NCBI GenBank assembly: GCA_013203665.1
Contig: JABMPU010000203.1
Coordinates: 988-64,987, forward strand
Source of the DNA: Armatimonadota bacterium
Lineage (GTDB): Bacteria > Cloacimonadota > Cloacimonadia > Cloacimonadales > TCS61
Reading direction: 5' to 3'
Length of the DNA stretch: 64,000 nt
In this document: positions 8,318 through 17,064 of the stretch, piece after piece
How the letters are laid out: each line of letters opens with the position of its first letter
Position numbering within the stretch: the first letter of the stretch is position 1
Position numbers and translations under genes: made by a program
The notes under the pieces: generated by a model
The model's database searches: none
Seen by the model: the letters and a program-made list of their open reading frames with translations, nothing else
Told to the model about the DNA's origin: nothing

Positions 8318-8569
8318 ATGAAAAAAATTTTAAAATTATTTTTAGGAGTTTTGATTTTAGCTTCGATATTACTTACAGCTTGTGCTCCCCCACCAGCACC
8401 AATCACAAAAGATCAATTGATAAACGCAGAAATCGAAGCAATTGAAGCAGAGAAAAAAGCCAAACAATTAGAAAAAGAACTGCTTGTCCTGGAAAAAGAA
8501 CTTTCCGAGGAAAAAGCGAAATTGCAGAGTTTAGACGAATACAAAGATCTGCTGAACTTGGATAAGTAG
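8318..8569 (+). CDS. Small coiled-coil lipoprotein
   Basis: Signal peptide with lipobox 'LLTAC', then an E/K-rich heptad-like sequence. An AGGAG-like RBS (aaaggagat) lies upstream. Confidence 0.6.
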   Translation: MKKILKLFLGVLILASILLTACAPPPAPITKDQLINAEIEAIEAEKKAKQLEKELLVLEKELSEEKAKLQSLDEYKDLLNLDK

Positions 8570-8572
8570 GAG

Positions 8573-9466
8573 ATGGTCATGAAAAAGATAATTATAATAT
8601 CAATCATTTTTGCATTTATTTTACCCGTGTTTTTGATGGCAGAAATTCACTACTTGAGTGAAGAAGACTACAAAAAACTTAAACGTCAGGAAGTTAAACG
8701 ATATTGGGAAAATTTAGAAACTCAATTAACGAATCTCCAACAGAGAAAAGCAGATGCAATTGCAGATAACCAGAGAAACACAGCAGAAATTGAAAAACTC
8801 AATAACGAAATAACACAAGTAAAAGAAAGATATGAGCAAACCTATGCTTACATAATTGAATCTCTGGGAGTTACCAAATCAGATTATCCGTCTATTAAAG
8901 ACAAAACTAAATATTTCAATCAGGAAATTACAAATAAGAATAATTTGTCCGATTCTGAACTTTGGGATTCTAAAAAAGAAATTCATCAGTTGATAAATGA
9001 ATATGAAGATTATCGTAAATCCAATTATGCAAAAGTGCCGGATTTTTATACAGAATTCAGCGATTTGGATAACAAAATTATGAACCTGGAAAGCAGCCTG
9101 GAAGCTGCAAAACCAAAATATCATCAAGATACATATACGGTGCTGAAAGGTGATTGGTTATCTACGATTTCCGGATATACATTCATTTATAACGACATCT
9201 CAAAATGGCCGATAATTTATCGAGCTAACCGTGATCAAATCAAAGATCCTAACCTGATTTATCCTGATCAAGTTCTGAAAATTCCTCGTGGTTTGCCTAC
9301 TAGTTGGAAAGTTTACAAAGGTGAATGTCTTTGGAGAATTGCGGCTTATCCTGAAGTTTATGGCAGCGGTTTAAAATGGCCTTTGATTTATCGTGCCAAC
9401 AAAGATCAAATAAAAGATCCTGACCTGATTTATCCAAACCAGGTTTTTGATATTCCAAGAGATTAA
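8573..9466 (+). CDS. Coiled-coil protein with two C-terminal LysM domains
   Basis: Signal/anchor N-terminus. Two LysM-like repeats: 'YTVLKGDWLSTISG...WPIIYRANRDQIKDPNLIYPDQVLKIPR' and 'WKVYKGECLWRIAA...WPLIYRANKDQIKDPDLIYPNQVFDIPR'. Confidence 0.8.
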   Translation: MVMKKIIIISIIFAFILPVFLMAEIHYLSEEDYKKLKRQEVKRYWENLETQLTNLQQRKADAIADNQRNTAEIEKLNNEITQVKERYEQTYAYIIESLGVTKSDYPSIKDKTKYFNQEITNKNNLSDSELWDSKKEIHQLINEYEDYRKSNYAKVPDFYTEFSDLDNKIMNLESSLEAAKPKYHQDTYTVLKGDWLSTISGYTFIYNDISKWPIIYRANRDQIKDPNLIYPDQVLKIPRGLPTSWKVYKGECLWRIAAYPEVYGSGLKWPLIYRANKDQIKDPDLIYPNQVFDIPRD

Positions 9467-9486
9467 AACTGAAAAAACAACAAAAA

Positions 9487-9516
9487 GCCTCTCTACATAC
9501 AGAGAGGCTTTCTTTT
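9487..9516 (+). terminator. Rho-independent terminator after the LysM gene
   Basis: gcctctct 9487-9494 pairs with agagaggc 9501-9508, followed by tttctttt. Confidence 0.75.
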
Positions 9517-9531
9517 AGAATTTAAAGAAAA

Positions 9532-11604
9532 TTGACACGCCAGAAATTTATCCTTATCATTTCCACTGCTTTTATAATCTCAGTTTTGCATTTCATAATA
9601 AGTCCATATCGACTCGTATCATACGATTATAATCAAAAACTCGGACAAATTTCTGAAAAAAACATTATTGCCCCTTTTGAATTTAAAATATACAAAAGCG
9701 ATGAAACCATAATCTCAGAACAGGAAGCAGCAGCAGCTAAAGTTCGTTCTGTTTACAAAGTTTCTGAAAATCTTAAATACAATGCTCAAAAAAATCTGGA
9801 TTTTATTTTAATCAATAATGAATCTGAAAATATGAGAGATAAACTTTCTAAAAGCGGTTATAATTTATCACCTGAAACTATTGAATATCTTTCTATTGAA
9901 AATAATCGTTTGGAAATTTATAATTATCTGACAGAAATTTTAACAAAAATTTTTAATATTGGAATTTTCCCAGAAAATTTTTCATATCGAGAGATTCAAA
10001 TAGCACGTGGAAATAAAATTCGGAATTATCATCTTTCCAGGCTGTACTCGTTAGAAGAAGCAAAAGAAAAATTAATTGAAAATGAAAAATCAGATGAAAA
10101 AAGAAAAGCTCTTCAAGAACTCGGAAATATCATTCTGATCGAAAATATCATTATTGATAATGAAATAACAAAACTTGAAAAGCAGAAAGCAAAAGAAAAA
10201 GTTTCCCTTACAATGGGAAAAGTTCTTCGAAATGAAAAGATTGTAAGCAAAAATCAGAAAATAACCGCCACCGAACTTTTAAAGCTCAATTCTCTTCTGA
10301 GAACTCAGAAAGAACAAGGTGCTTCTAAAACAGATAAAGACCTGATTATTTCATCATTTGGAATTTTTCTTTTTTCCCTTTTTCTGCTTCTGGTTTTTTA
10401 TTACGTTTTGCAATTATTTTTTTCTCAGAATTTTCTATCATTTCCACGCTTAATTGTCGTTGCTGGCTGTTTTCTTATCTCAATTATTTTAACAATTTTT
10501 GTGAATAATGTTTTTAAGGTTCCATCTCTTTTAATTCCCTTTAGTTTTTCCGTCTTGCTGATTGCTCTTATTTTCAATTCACATATCGGCATAATATTCA
10601 ATTTTTTCAATCTGATTTTTATTTCTCTATTTTTGAACTGGAGTTTCATCAATCCTGCAATATTGAGCCTTTCCGCCCTCGGAGGAATAATTGCAATCAA
10701 ACAGATGAAGAAGAAACAGGAATATTATCCGATTACTTTCTATCTTATTATTTCATTTATTATTTTGAATACAGTCATTTCTTTAATAGTATTCAATTCA
10801 TTATCAAATTATTTTTCACAATTACTTTTTGGAATTCTTTCCTGTGTTTTATCTATTATTGGATTGATTTTAATAACTCCTTTGGTGGAACGCAAACTGA
10901 ATATGGCTACAAAACAAATTTTGCTGGAGCTGTTGGACTTTGATAATCCTCTTATGAAAAAAATGTCTGTTGCAACACCAGGGACATATCATCATTCTTT
11001 GATTGTAGGTAACCTGGCAGAAAGCGCTGCCGAATCTATTGGAGCCGATTATTTACTGGCTAGGGTTGGAAGTTATTATCACGATATCGGAAAAATCGAA
11101 AACCCGCAATTCTTTATAGAGAATAATCCTGATTCATCCGAGTTACACGATAAAATGCTGGCTAATGAAAGTGCGATTCTCATTCGAAATCATATTGCAA
11201 ACGGAATTGCCTTGGCGAAAAAGAATAAACTGCCAAAACCTGTTATTGACATCATTCAGCAACATCACGGAAAAAGCCAGATAAGATATTTTTACAATAA
11301 AGCTAGAGAAACAAATCTTGAAATTGATAAAGAGCAGTTTTATTATTCAGGGCCTAAACCTCAAACCAAAGAAGCAGCAATAGTTATGATTGCAGATATC
11401 GTGGAATCTACCACAAAATCTTTAGATGATTTCTCTGAAAAAAAGATGGTGAAAGTTCTCGAGGATACGATTTTCAGATTGATCACAGAAGGTCAATTAG
11501 ACGAAACTCCAATAACCTTTAAAGAATTGAATACAATCTCGACTCAAATGTTACCCATTATAATGGGAATTTACAGGAAAAGACTTGAATACCCGGAAAC
11601 TTAA
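9532..11604 (+). CDS. pgpH: 7TM-HD membrane phosphohydrolase (PgpH/YqfF family, HDIG domain)
   Basis: Central block of about 7 TM helices, then 'GTYHHSLIVGNLAE', 'YYHDIGK' and 'IIQQHHG'. TTG start. Sits in the conserved position before ybeY. Confidence 0.85.
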   Translation: MTRQKFILIISTAFIISVLHFIISPYRLVSYDYNQKLGQISEKNIIAPFEFKIYKSDETIISEQEAAAAKVRSVYKVSENLKYNAQKNLDFILINNESENMRDKLSKSGYNLSPETIEYLSIENNRLEIYNYLTEILTKIFNIGIFPENFSYREIQIARGNKIRNYHLSRLYSLEEAKEKLIENEKSDEKRKALQELGNIILIENIIIDNEITKLEKQKAKEKVSLTMGKVLRNEKIVSKNQKITATELLKLNSLLRTQKEQGASKTDKDLIISSFGIFLFSLFLLLVFYYVLQLFFSQNFLSFPRLIVVAGCFLISIILTIFVNNVFKVPSLLIPFSFSVLLIALIFNSHIGIIFNFFNLIFISLFLNWSFINPAILSLSALGGIIAIKQMKKKQEYYPITFYLIISFIILNTVISLIVFNSLSNYFSQLLFGILSCVLSIIGLILITPLVERKLNMATKQILLELLDFDNPLMKKMSVATPGTYHHSLIVGNLAESAAESIGADYLLARVGSYYHDIGKIENPQFFIENNPDSSELHDKMLANESAILIRNHIANGIALAKKNKLPKPVIDIIQQHHGKSQIRYFYNKARETNLEIDKEQFYYSGPKPQTKEAAIVMIADIVESTTKSLDDFSEKKMVKVLEDTIFRLITEGQLDETPITFKELNTISTQMLPIIMGIYRKRLEYPET

Positions 11605-12022
11605 TCCTATTTTTTTTGAAAAAAAAACATCCATAAAATTTGATGAATCTACTTTTTCCCGGGTTTGGAGAATTATTGCAGAAAATGAGAATTTAAAGAA
11701 AGATGCTTTTGTGAATGTTCTTATTACAGATGATGAAACCATAAAAACTTATAATAAAAAATATCTCGGTAGAAATGAAGCTACTGACGTAATTTCATTT
11801 TCTGCTGAAATCTCACAAATTTCTTTTCTTGGAGATATTATTATTGACATCGAACAAGCTGAAAAACAAAAAGATACTGAGTCTTTAAATACTGAATTGC
11901 AGAGACTTTTCCTGCATGGATTATTACATCTTCTAGGATATGATCATTTATCTGTAGCTCAGGAAAATATTATGAAATTAAAAGAAAAAGAATACTGGAA
12001 ATTAATGAGTTCTGAAAAATAG
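11585..12022 (+). CDS. ybeY: rRNA maturation endoribonuclease YbeY
   Basis: 'ATDVISF' and the zinc motif 'HGLLHLLGYDH'. Overlaps pgpH by 20 nt (TTG start). Confidence 0.85.
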   Translation: MNTRKLNPIFFEKKTSIKFDESTFSRVWRIIAENENLKKDAFVNVLITDDETIKTYNKKYLGRNEATDVISFSAEISQISFLGDIIIDIEQAEKQKDTESLNTELQRLFLHGLLHLLGYDHLSVAQENIMKLKEKEYWKLMSSEK

Positions 12023-12032
12023 AGTGTTTTTT

Positions 12033-12130
12033 GTCATCCTGAGGAATTCTTCTTGCTTTTCCATCGAAGGATCTCCGCTTATAATGAGATTCTTCGTTAG
12101 AAACTACTTCGAAGATAACCTCAGAAAGAC
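12033..12130. repeat. Long imperfect hairpin element (GTCATCCTGAGG ... CCTCAGAAAGAC)
   Basis: Outer arms at 12033-12044 / 12119-12130. The inner arm gaaggatctc 12066-12075 pairs with gagattcttc 12086-12095, with one G.U on the plus strand. Confidence 0.5.
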
Positions 12131-12190
12131 AGCCGTTTTTCATTTTGCAGAACCCTTATGAAAATTAATAATGGGAGATAAATAACCCTC

Positions 12191-13465
12191 GTGGAACATA
12201 GTTTATCGTTTATTTTTATCATAATCTTCATTCTGCTTTCAGCTTTTTTTTCTGGTTCAGAAACTGCTTTTTTCTCTTTATCAAAAATTCAACTGAAAAA
12301 ACTTGAAAAATCAAAATCAAAAAAAGCGAAAAGAATTTTCAAATTGCTGAAAAAACCCCGTCAACTTTTGATAATCATTCTTTTGGGGAATACGATTGTA
12401 AATGTTGCTGCCTCATCCGTAGCTGCTATGGTCGCAATTGTAATTGGTGAAAATCTCTTTCCAAAAACCTCAGCAATTATTGTGATAATTTTTGAAATTA
12501 TCCTCATGACTTTTTTGCTTCTCATTTTTGGAGAGATAACTCCCAAACTAATTGCATTTTCATCGCCAGAAAAATTTGCTGGATTTTCCAGTTTTTTTAT
12601 CATAATACTCGGCTACATTCTCTGGCCTGTCATAAAAATCCTCGAACAAATCAGTGCTCTTTTTACTTCCAGAAAAAGCCATCAAATCCACGAAAATCTA
12701 ACTTCAGAAGATTTTAAGAACCTGTTCACATCCAAAGCAACTCAAGATTCATTGGAAGAAAAAGAGAAAAAAATGATTGCCGGTATTTTAAGATTTTCCT
12801 CTACTTCTGCCAAAGAAATTATGGTTCCGAGAGTCGATATTGTTGCTGTGGATTCTGCTGCTGGAATATCTGAATTAAAAGAGAAAATTATTGAATCCGG
12901 ATATTCTCGCATTCCCATTTTTAAGAAAAATATCGATAATATTGTTGGATTCGTTTATGCAAAAGATATTCTTCTGAATCCGGAAAAGAAGACAATACAT
13001 TCGCTGTTAAGACCTGCACTTTTTGTAACGGAAAACATCAATATCCAAAAGCTTCTTAATCAATTTAAAACCAGGAAAATCCAAATTGCAATTGTTGTGG
13101 ATGAATATGGAGGAACTTCCGGTTTGCTAACTCTTGAAGATATTCTGGAAGAATTGGTGGGAGAAATTATGGATGAATACGATCAGGAATTGCCACCGCT
13201 TTCCAAAATTTCCGATACTGAATTTCTCATCAGCGGCATGTTCTCGATTGCAGAATTAAATCATGATTTTGAACTGAATATCGATGAAGAAAGTTATGAT
13301 AATTTAGCTGAATTTCTTTATGATAATTTCAATAAAGTTCCTAAATTGAATGATTGCTTTATATTTGAAAATAAAGTAAAATTTGTTGTTACAAATATCA
13401 AAGCACAAAGAATAAATTATGCTCGAATGACATTCTTAAATAAACCTGATGAACTGCAAAACTAA
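12191..13465 (+). CDS. DUF21-CBS-CorC/HlyC family transporter-associated protein (TlyC/CorC-like)
   Basis: N-terminal 4-TM DUF21 ('FFSGSETAFFSL'), a CBS pair ('IMVPRVDIVAV...SRIPIF') and a C-terminal CorC_HlyC-like tail. GTG start. Confidence 0.85.
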   Translation: MEHSLSFIFIIIFILLSAFFSGSETAFFSLSKIQLKKLEKSKSKKAKRIFKLLKKPRQLLIIILLGNTIVNVAASSVAAMVAIVIGENLFPKTSAIIVIIFEIILMTFLLLIFGEITPKLIAFSSPEKFAGFSSFFIIILGYILWPVIKILEQISALFTSRKSHQIHENLTSEDFKNLFTSKATQDSLEEKEKKMIAGILRFSSTSAKEIMVPRVDIVAVDSAAGISELKEKIIESGYSRIPIFKKNIDNIVGFVYAKDILLNPEKKTIHSLLRPALFVTENINIQKLLNQFKTRKIQIAIVVDEYGGTSGLLTLEDILEELVGEIMDEYDQELPPLSKISDTEFLISGMFSIAELNHDFELNIDEESYDNLAEFLYDNFNKVPKLNDCFIFENKVKFVVTNIKAQRINYARMTFLNKPDELQN

Positions 13466-14165
13466 ACTTTTTTTTATACTGTTTATCATAACCTTCTTTA
13501 ACCTCCAAGCAGAAAAAATATATCTTTCAATTAGATATCTCGGTTTGAAAGTTGCAAATATTGTGATGGAAGATACTGAAAATAAAATTTCAATTTATGG
13601 TCAATCCACTGCTTTAGCGAATATTGCAGCTAAATTAGATAATTATTATTTCGTGGAATATGATTCCGATTACCTTCCCATTAAATACTCCAAAAAAATT
13701 GTACAGAAAAATTATTTTGAGGATAGAATAACATATTATAATCGTGAGAATTCAATAGCTAAAATGATCAGCTTTTTGGATTCTTCCAAAGACTGCAAAT
13801 ATAAAATAAAACCTTCAACAAGAGATTTTTTTTCGAGTTTGTTTTTTTTAAGAAATCAGGAAAAATCCGGAGAACTGTGGGTAGATGCAAATCAGATAAT
13901 CTGGAAAGTGAAATATGAATTTATTGGTGAAGAAACCATAAACTGTGCAATCGGAAAAGTTGATGCTCGAATCGTGAAAATAACCTGTGAAAAATATTCG
14001 GATGAAAATCCAAAAAGAAGCGATATGCTTACAAATAACCTTGTGAATGAAAAAAATGTTTTGTATTTCTGGTTTACAGATGATGAACGGAGAATTCCGA
14101 TAAAAGCGAAATACTCTATGAAACCGTTTCCTGTGATTTGGAAAATTGAAAGTTATGAAAAGTGA
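13449..14165 (+). CDS. Secreted hypothetical protein (DUF3108-like)
   Basis: Signal peptide, then 'IYLSIRYLGLKVANIVMED', as I recall for DUF3108 proteins. The assignment is tentative. Confidence 0.4.
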   Translation: MNCKTKLFFILFIITFFNLQAEKIYLSIRYLGLKVANIVMEDTENKISIYGQSTALANIAAKLDNYYFVEYDSDYLPIKYSKKIVQKNYFEDRITYYNRENSIAKMISFLDSSKDCKYKIKPSTRDFFSSLFFLRNQEKSGELWVDANQIIWKVKYEFIGEETINCAIGKVDARIVKITCEKYSDENPKRSDMLTNNLVNEKNVLYFWFTDDERRIPIKAKYSMKPFPVIWKIESYEK

Positions 14166-14526
14166 CCGAACAAAAGCTTATAGATTTCTTTTTTATTTCT
14201 GGTTAGTAATTATTTTCATACTAACTTCTTACCCGACACTTCCCCCTTTGCATGATAAACTGGTTAGTATCGATAAAGTTGGTCATTTTGCGGTTTACTT
14301 CATATTAGCTTTTTTCTATATGAAAAAAGAGCAGAGAAACAATATCTCAGAGACATTTAAAAAAGTATTATTATTAGCAATTTTTTTACCAATAATCGAT
14401 GAACTTCATCAAATACCAATTCCGGGAAGAGATTTTTCCTTTCTTGATATTTTAGCAGATTTTTGCGGATTTTTGATAATAATAATTATCTTTAAAATTA
14501 AAGTGAGAAAATCCAGTTATTCCTAA
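14146..14526 (+). CDS. VanZ-like family membrane protein
   Basis: 4 TM segments, 'DKVGHFAVYF', and 'DELHQIPIPGRDFSFLDILADFCG' typical of VanZ. Confidence 0.7.
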   Translation: MKVMKSDRTKAYRFLFYFWLVIIFILTSYPTLPPLHDKLVSIDKVGHFAVYFILAFFYMKKEQRNNISETFKKVLLLAIFLPIIDELHQIPIPGRDFSFLDILADFCGFLIIIIIFKIKVRKSSYS

Positions 14527-14873
14527 ACTCTGAAAACTTGAGATGATATCGACTTAACACAAGACCCTTCGGGCTTATGCCAAGTCTTGACTGAAACTTG
14601 TCCTAAGTTCCGTAGGAATCTTGGGATAAGTTGGATTTTGGTGGCTGGTTAGTATTGGATGGAGTTGAGCTATCCGCTATCAGCTCGCTGATAGAGTGGA
14701 GCTTAACTCAAGACTGCCGTCTTAAGTCAAGTCTCGTTTTTCCTCTTGCTCCCGCGTGGGAAAAGTGCATATTCAAGCTACCTCGAGTCGTCGTCGCAAG
14801 CTCCCCGATACAATCATTCTTCTTTACGGGGTAAACTTACAACTCGAAACAGCACTTTACGGATGGACTCTAC
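14527..14873. ncRNA. Unassigned G+C-rich, hairpin-dense region between convergent genes (candidate structured RNA)
   Basis: Stems at 14677-14684/14687-14694, 14707-14714/14719-14726, 14560-14565/14584-14589 and 14803-14807/14827-14831. I recognised no match to RNase P, SRP, 6S or riboswitch consensus. The strand is ambiguous. Confidence 0.3.
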
Positions 14874-15242
14874 TTAATCTTTAATCTTCTTAAGAGAAAT
14901 TACAACTTTGTATCTGAAAGGTGGTTTTTCCCAAATCTGCTTTTTCAAATACTGTTTTGGATTGTCCATAATTTCTTTTTCGGTTACTTCTGCAAAAGTA
15001 TCACCTGTTACAATCCAGAATTTCTTCTCTTTTTTCTCAGCAGTTTTTTTCGTTACCATAAGCTCTCCTACTATTTTATATTCAGGATGATTTTCAACAT
15101 ATTTTGTTAAAATTTCAAGAGTTATTGAATTTAGATAGATTTCACATCTATCTTTGCAAGAAGCAGCACAAACAACCAAACTGGTAAATTGTTTGGTTTT
15201 AGGACAAATAATCAAATTTGAGCTTGCTTGAGTTCTTCTCAC
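14874..15242 (-). CDS. Hypothetical Cys-cluster protein
   Basis: 122-aa ORF with 'CPKTKQFTSLVVCAASCKDRC' (C-x11-C-x3-C-x3-C) and a K/E-rich C-terminal half. I recognise no family. Confidence 0.5.
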   Translation of the reverse strand: MRRTQASSNLIICPKTKQFTSLVVCAASCKDRCEIYLNSITLEILTKYVENHPEYKIVGELMVTKKTAEKKEKKFWIVTGDTFAEVTEKEIMDNPKQYLKKQIWEKPPFRYKVVISLKKIKD

Positions 15243-15329
15243 TTTTACCCTTGAATAAAATATATTTATTAATAAAATTAATGAGTCATTTTTCTAAAAG
15301 ATAGAAATTTTGTAAAACAACTTTTATTT

Positions 15330-15863
15330 TTATGGTTTTTCATAATTAATATTGACTGTTTTTTTTTCTGAAATCTGTCTCAATCCCTCATAAAGAACAA
15401 TCGCCACACTGTTCGCAAGATTAAGTGAGCGAATATTTTCGGACATCGGAATATTAATTGTATTATCCCAATACTTTTTTAAGATATCCTCTGGAATACC
15501 TCGTGATTCAGGTCCGAAAATAAAAACATCGCCTTTTGTAAACTGCCTTCTATGATAAACATTATCAGATTTTGTCGTACAAAAATAGATATTATTCTCT
15601 CTAAACGAATCAATCAAATCTTCAATTTTATCATGAAAATGAATCGAGAGTTTATCCCAATAATCCAGACCTGCACGTTTCAGATCTTTATCTGTAAGCA
15701 GAAATCTCATTGGTTGGATAATATGCAGTTCAGCATTTGCTCCCACACAAAGTCTGCCGATATTTCCGGTATTTGCCGGAATCTCAGGCTGATAAAGAGC
15801 TATCCTGAACGTGGTGTTTTGCTGCTGACTTTCACTGACTTTCATTGACTTTTTTTCATCCAC
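15330..15863 (-). CDS. trmL: tRNA (cytidine/uridine-2'-O)-methyltransferase TrmL (SpoU/TrmH class)
   Basis: 'IALYQPEIPANTGNIGRLC', 'IFGPESRGIPEDIL' and 'SLNLANSVAIVLYEGLRQ'. Confidence 0.8.
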   Translation of the reverse strand: MDEKKSMKVSESQQQNTTFRIALYQPEIPANTGNIGRLCVGANAELHIIQPMRFLLTDKDLKRAGLDYWDKLSIHFHDKIEDLIDSFRENNIYFCTTKSDNVYHRRQFTKGDVFIFGPESRGIPEDILKKYWDNTINIPMSENIRSLNLANSVAIVLYEGLRQISEKKTVNINYEKP

Positions 15864-15967
15864 TAATTACATGAATTTTCACAAATTATTATTTAGTCTT
15901 TCTTTTTTTGACGCTGATCTACCATTAAGGCACAAAGACACAAAGCAATTACAAATTATTTTTTCTT

Positions 15968-16003
15968 TCCGTGTAAATCCGTAACATCCGTGTAATCCGT
16001 GTT
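15968..16003. repeat. Four tandem degenerate 9-mers (ATCCGTGTA family)
   Basis: tccgtgtaa|atccgtaac|atccgtgta|atccgtgtt with exact 9-nt phasing, preceded by cacaaagacacaaag at 15931-15945. Confidence 0.6.
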
Positions 16004-16017
16004 CTTTTTTTTCTTTG

Positions 16018-17064
16018 TTAATCTGCGTTTTTGCTTTTGACATCAATCATCATCTTTTTCCAGTTTTGAATCCAGTTTCCGGAATTTTTATTTGCGAATT
16101 TCAAATTAAGATTTTTTGAAAAATCTTTTTCCGGTATGGGAATTGATTCAAATTCAACAGGCAGATTGATATTCTTATTTACAGGGAACATCAAACGTAA
16201 AGAAGGAAGATATTTCTGAAAATTATTTGATAATAGAAATTCCATAAATTGTTGAGAAAGTTTCAGATTCCTGGTAGATTTTAAAATTCCGGCACCTTCA
16301 ATAATTTTAAATCCTCCTTCTTGAGGAATTATAACTTTATACTTTTCAATGCCTTCAATAGGATAAATCGGAGTGGTTGCATATCCTAAAAATATAGGTG
16401 CTTCTTTTGCCAGAAAAATATTAAAAGCATCTTCCCATATATTCGTAATCGTGAAAATATTTTCCTTGATACTTCTCCAGAAATGCCTGTAACCTCCTTC
16501 ACCAAATGCTGCTACAGACCAGAACAACATTCCTCTTCCCAAGCTCGAATTGAGTGGATTTTCAATTATAATCTTTTTTCTCCATATTCCATCCTGCATT
16601 TGTCCGAACGTCTCCGGAGGAGCAGTAATGCTCTCAGAATCATATACAAAAGCCAGGTAATTATAGCAAACCGGTATTAGACGATATGATTTATCAAAAT
16701 GAAAATTTTTATCGGCTAAAATCAAGGTTTCAGGTTTATATTTAATGAGAAGTTTTGCATTCAGTACATCTGAGAGTAAAACATTATCTAATCCAACCAC
16801 AATATCTGCTTTAGAAATATTTCTTTCATTGATAACAAAATCCAGTAATTTCTTTGCATCATTAAATTTTCTTAATTCAATTTTGCATTCAAATTTTGTT
16901 TCAAAAATCGGAATTGTATGAGCCCAAATTTTTTCTGAAATGAAATTATCCGCAGAATAAATTGTTAAAACTGGAATCTTGGAAAGATTATCAGTTTTTC
17001 TTTGAGGTTGACAACCAAAAAAAAGCAGAAGAATCAAAAACGAAAAAAAAAACTTCTTCATCAA
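16018..17064 (-). CDS. ABC transporter periplasmic substrate-binding lipoprotein (thiamine/Fe3+-type, ThiB-like)
   Basis: Lipobox 'LFFGC'. 'LTIYSADNF...KADIVVGLDNVLLSD' resembles thiamine-binding protein TbpA/ThiB. Confidence 0.6.
   Translation of the reverse strand: MMKKFFFSFLILLLFFGCQPQRKTDNLSKIPVLTIYSADNFISEKIWAHTIPIFETKFECKIELRKFNDAKKLLDFVINERNISKADIVVGLDNVLLSDVLNAKLLIKYKPETLILADKNFHFDKSYRLIPVCYNYLAFVYDSESITAPPETFGQMQDGIWRKKIIIENPLNSSLGRGMLFWSVAAFGEGGYRHFWRSIKENIFTITNIWEDAFNIFLAKEAPIFLGYATTPIYPIEGIEKYKVIIPQEGGFKIIEGAGILKSTRNLKLSQQFMEFLLSNNFQKYLPSLRLMFPVNKNINLPVEFESIPIPEKDFSKNLNLKFANKNSGNWIQNWKKMMIDVKSKNAD

Noticed and set aside
14631-14834. 67-aa ORF in the track inside the G+C-rich gap
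   Set aside because: It has no RBS-like sequence, and its composition and codon usage are unlike neighbouring genes. It is entirely built from the hairpin arms, so it is most likely a by-product of G+C-rich non-coding sequence.
14527-14873. RNase P RNA, SRP RNA or 6S RNA in the G+C-rich convergent gap
   Set aside because: Neither strand contains the universal RNase P cores (GGAAAGUCC; ACAGAAnCCGGCUUA). Neither strand contains the SRP 'GGUCCGGAAGGAAGCAGCC'-type motif. The size and architecture do not fit 6S. I kept the region only as an unassigned structured candidate.
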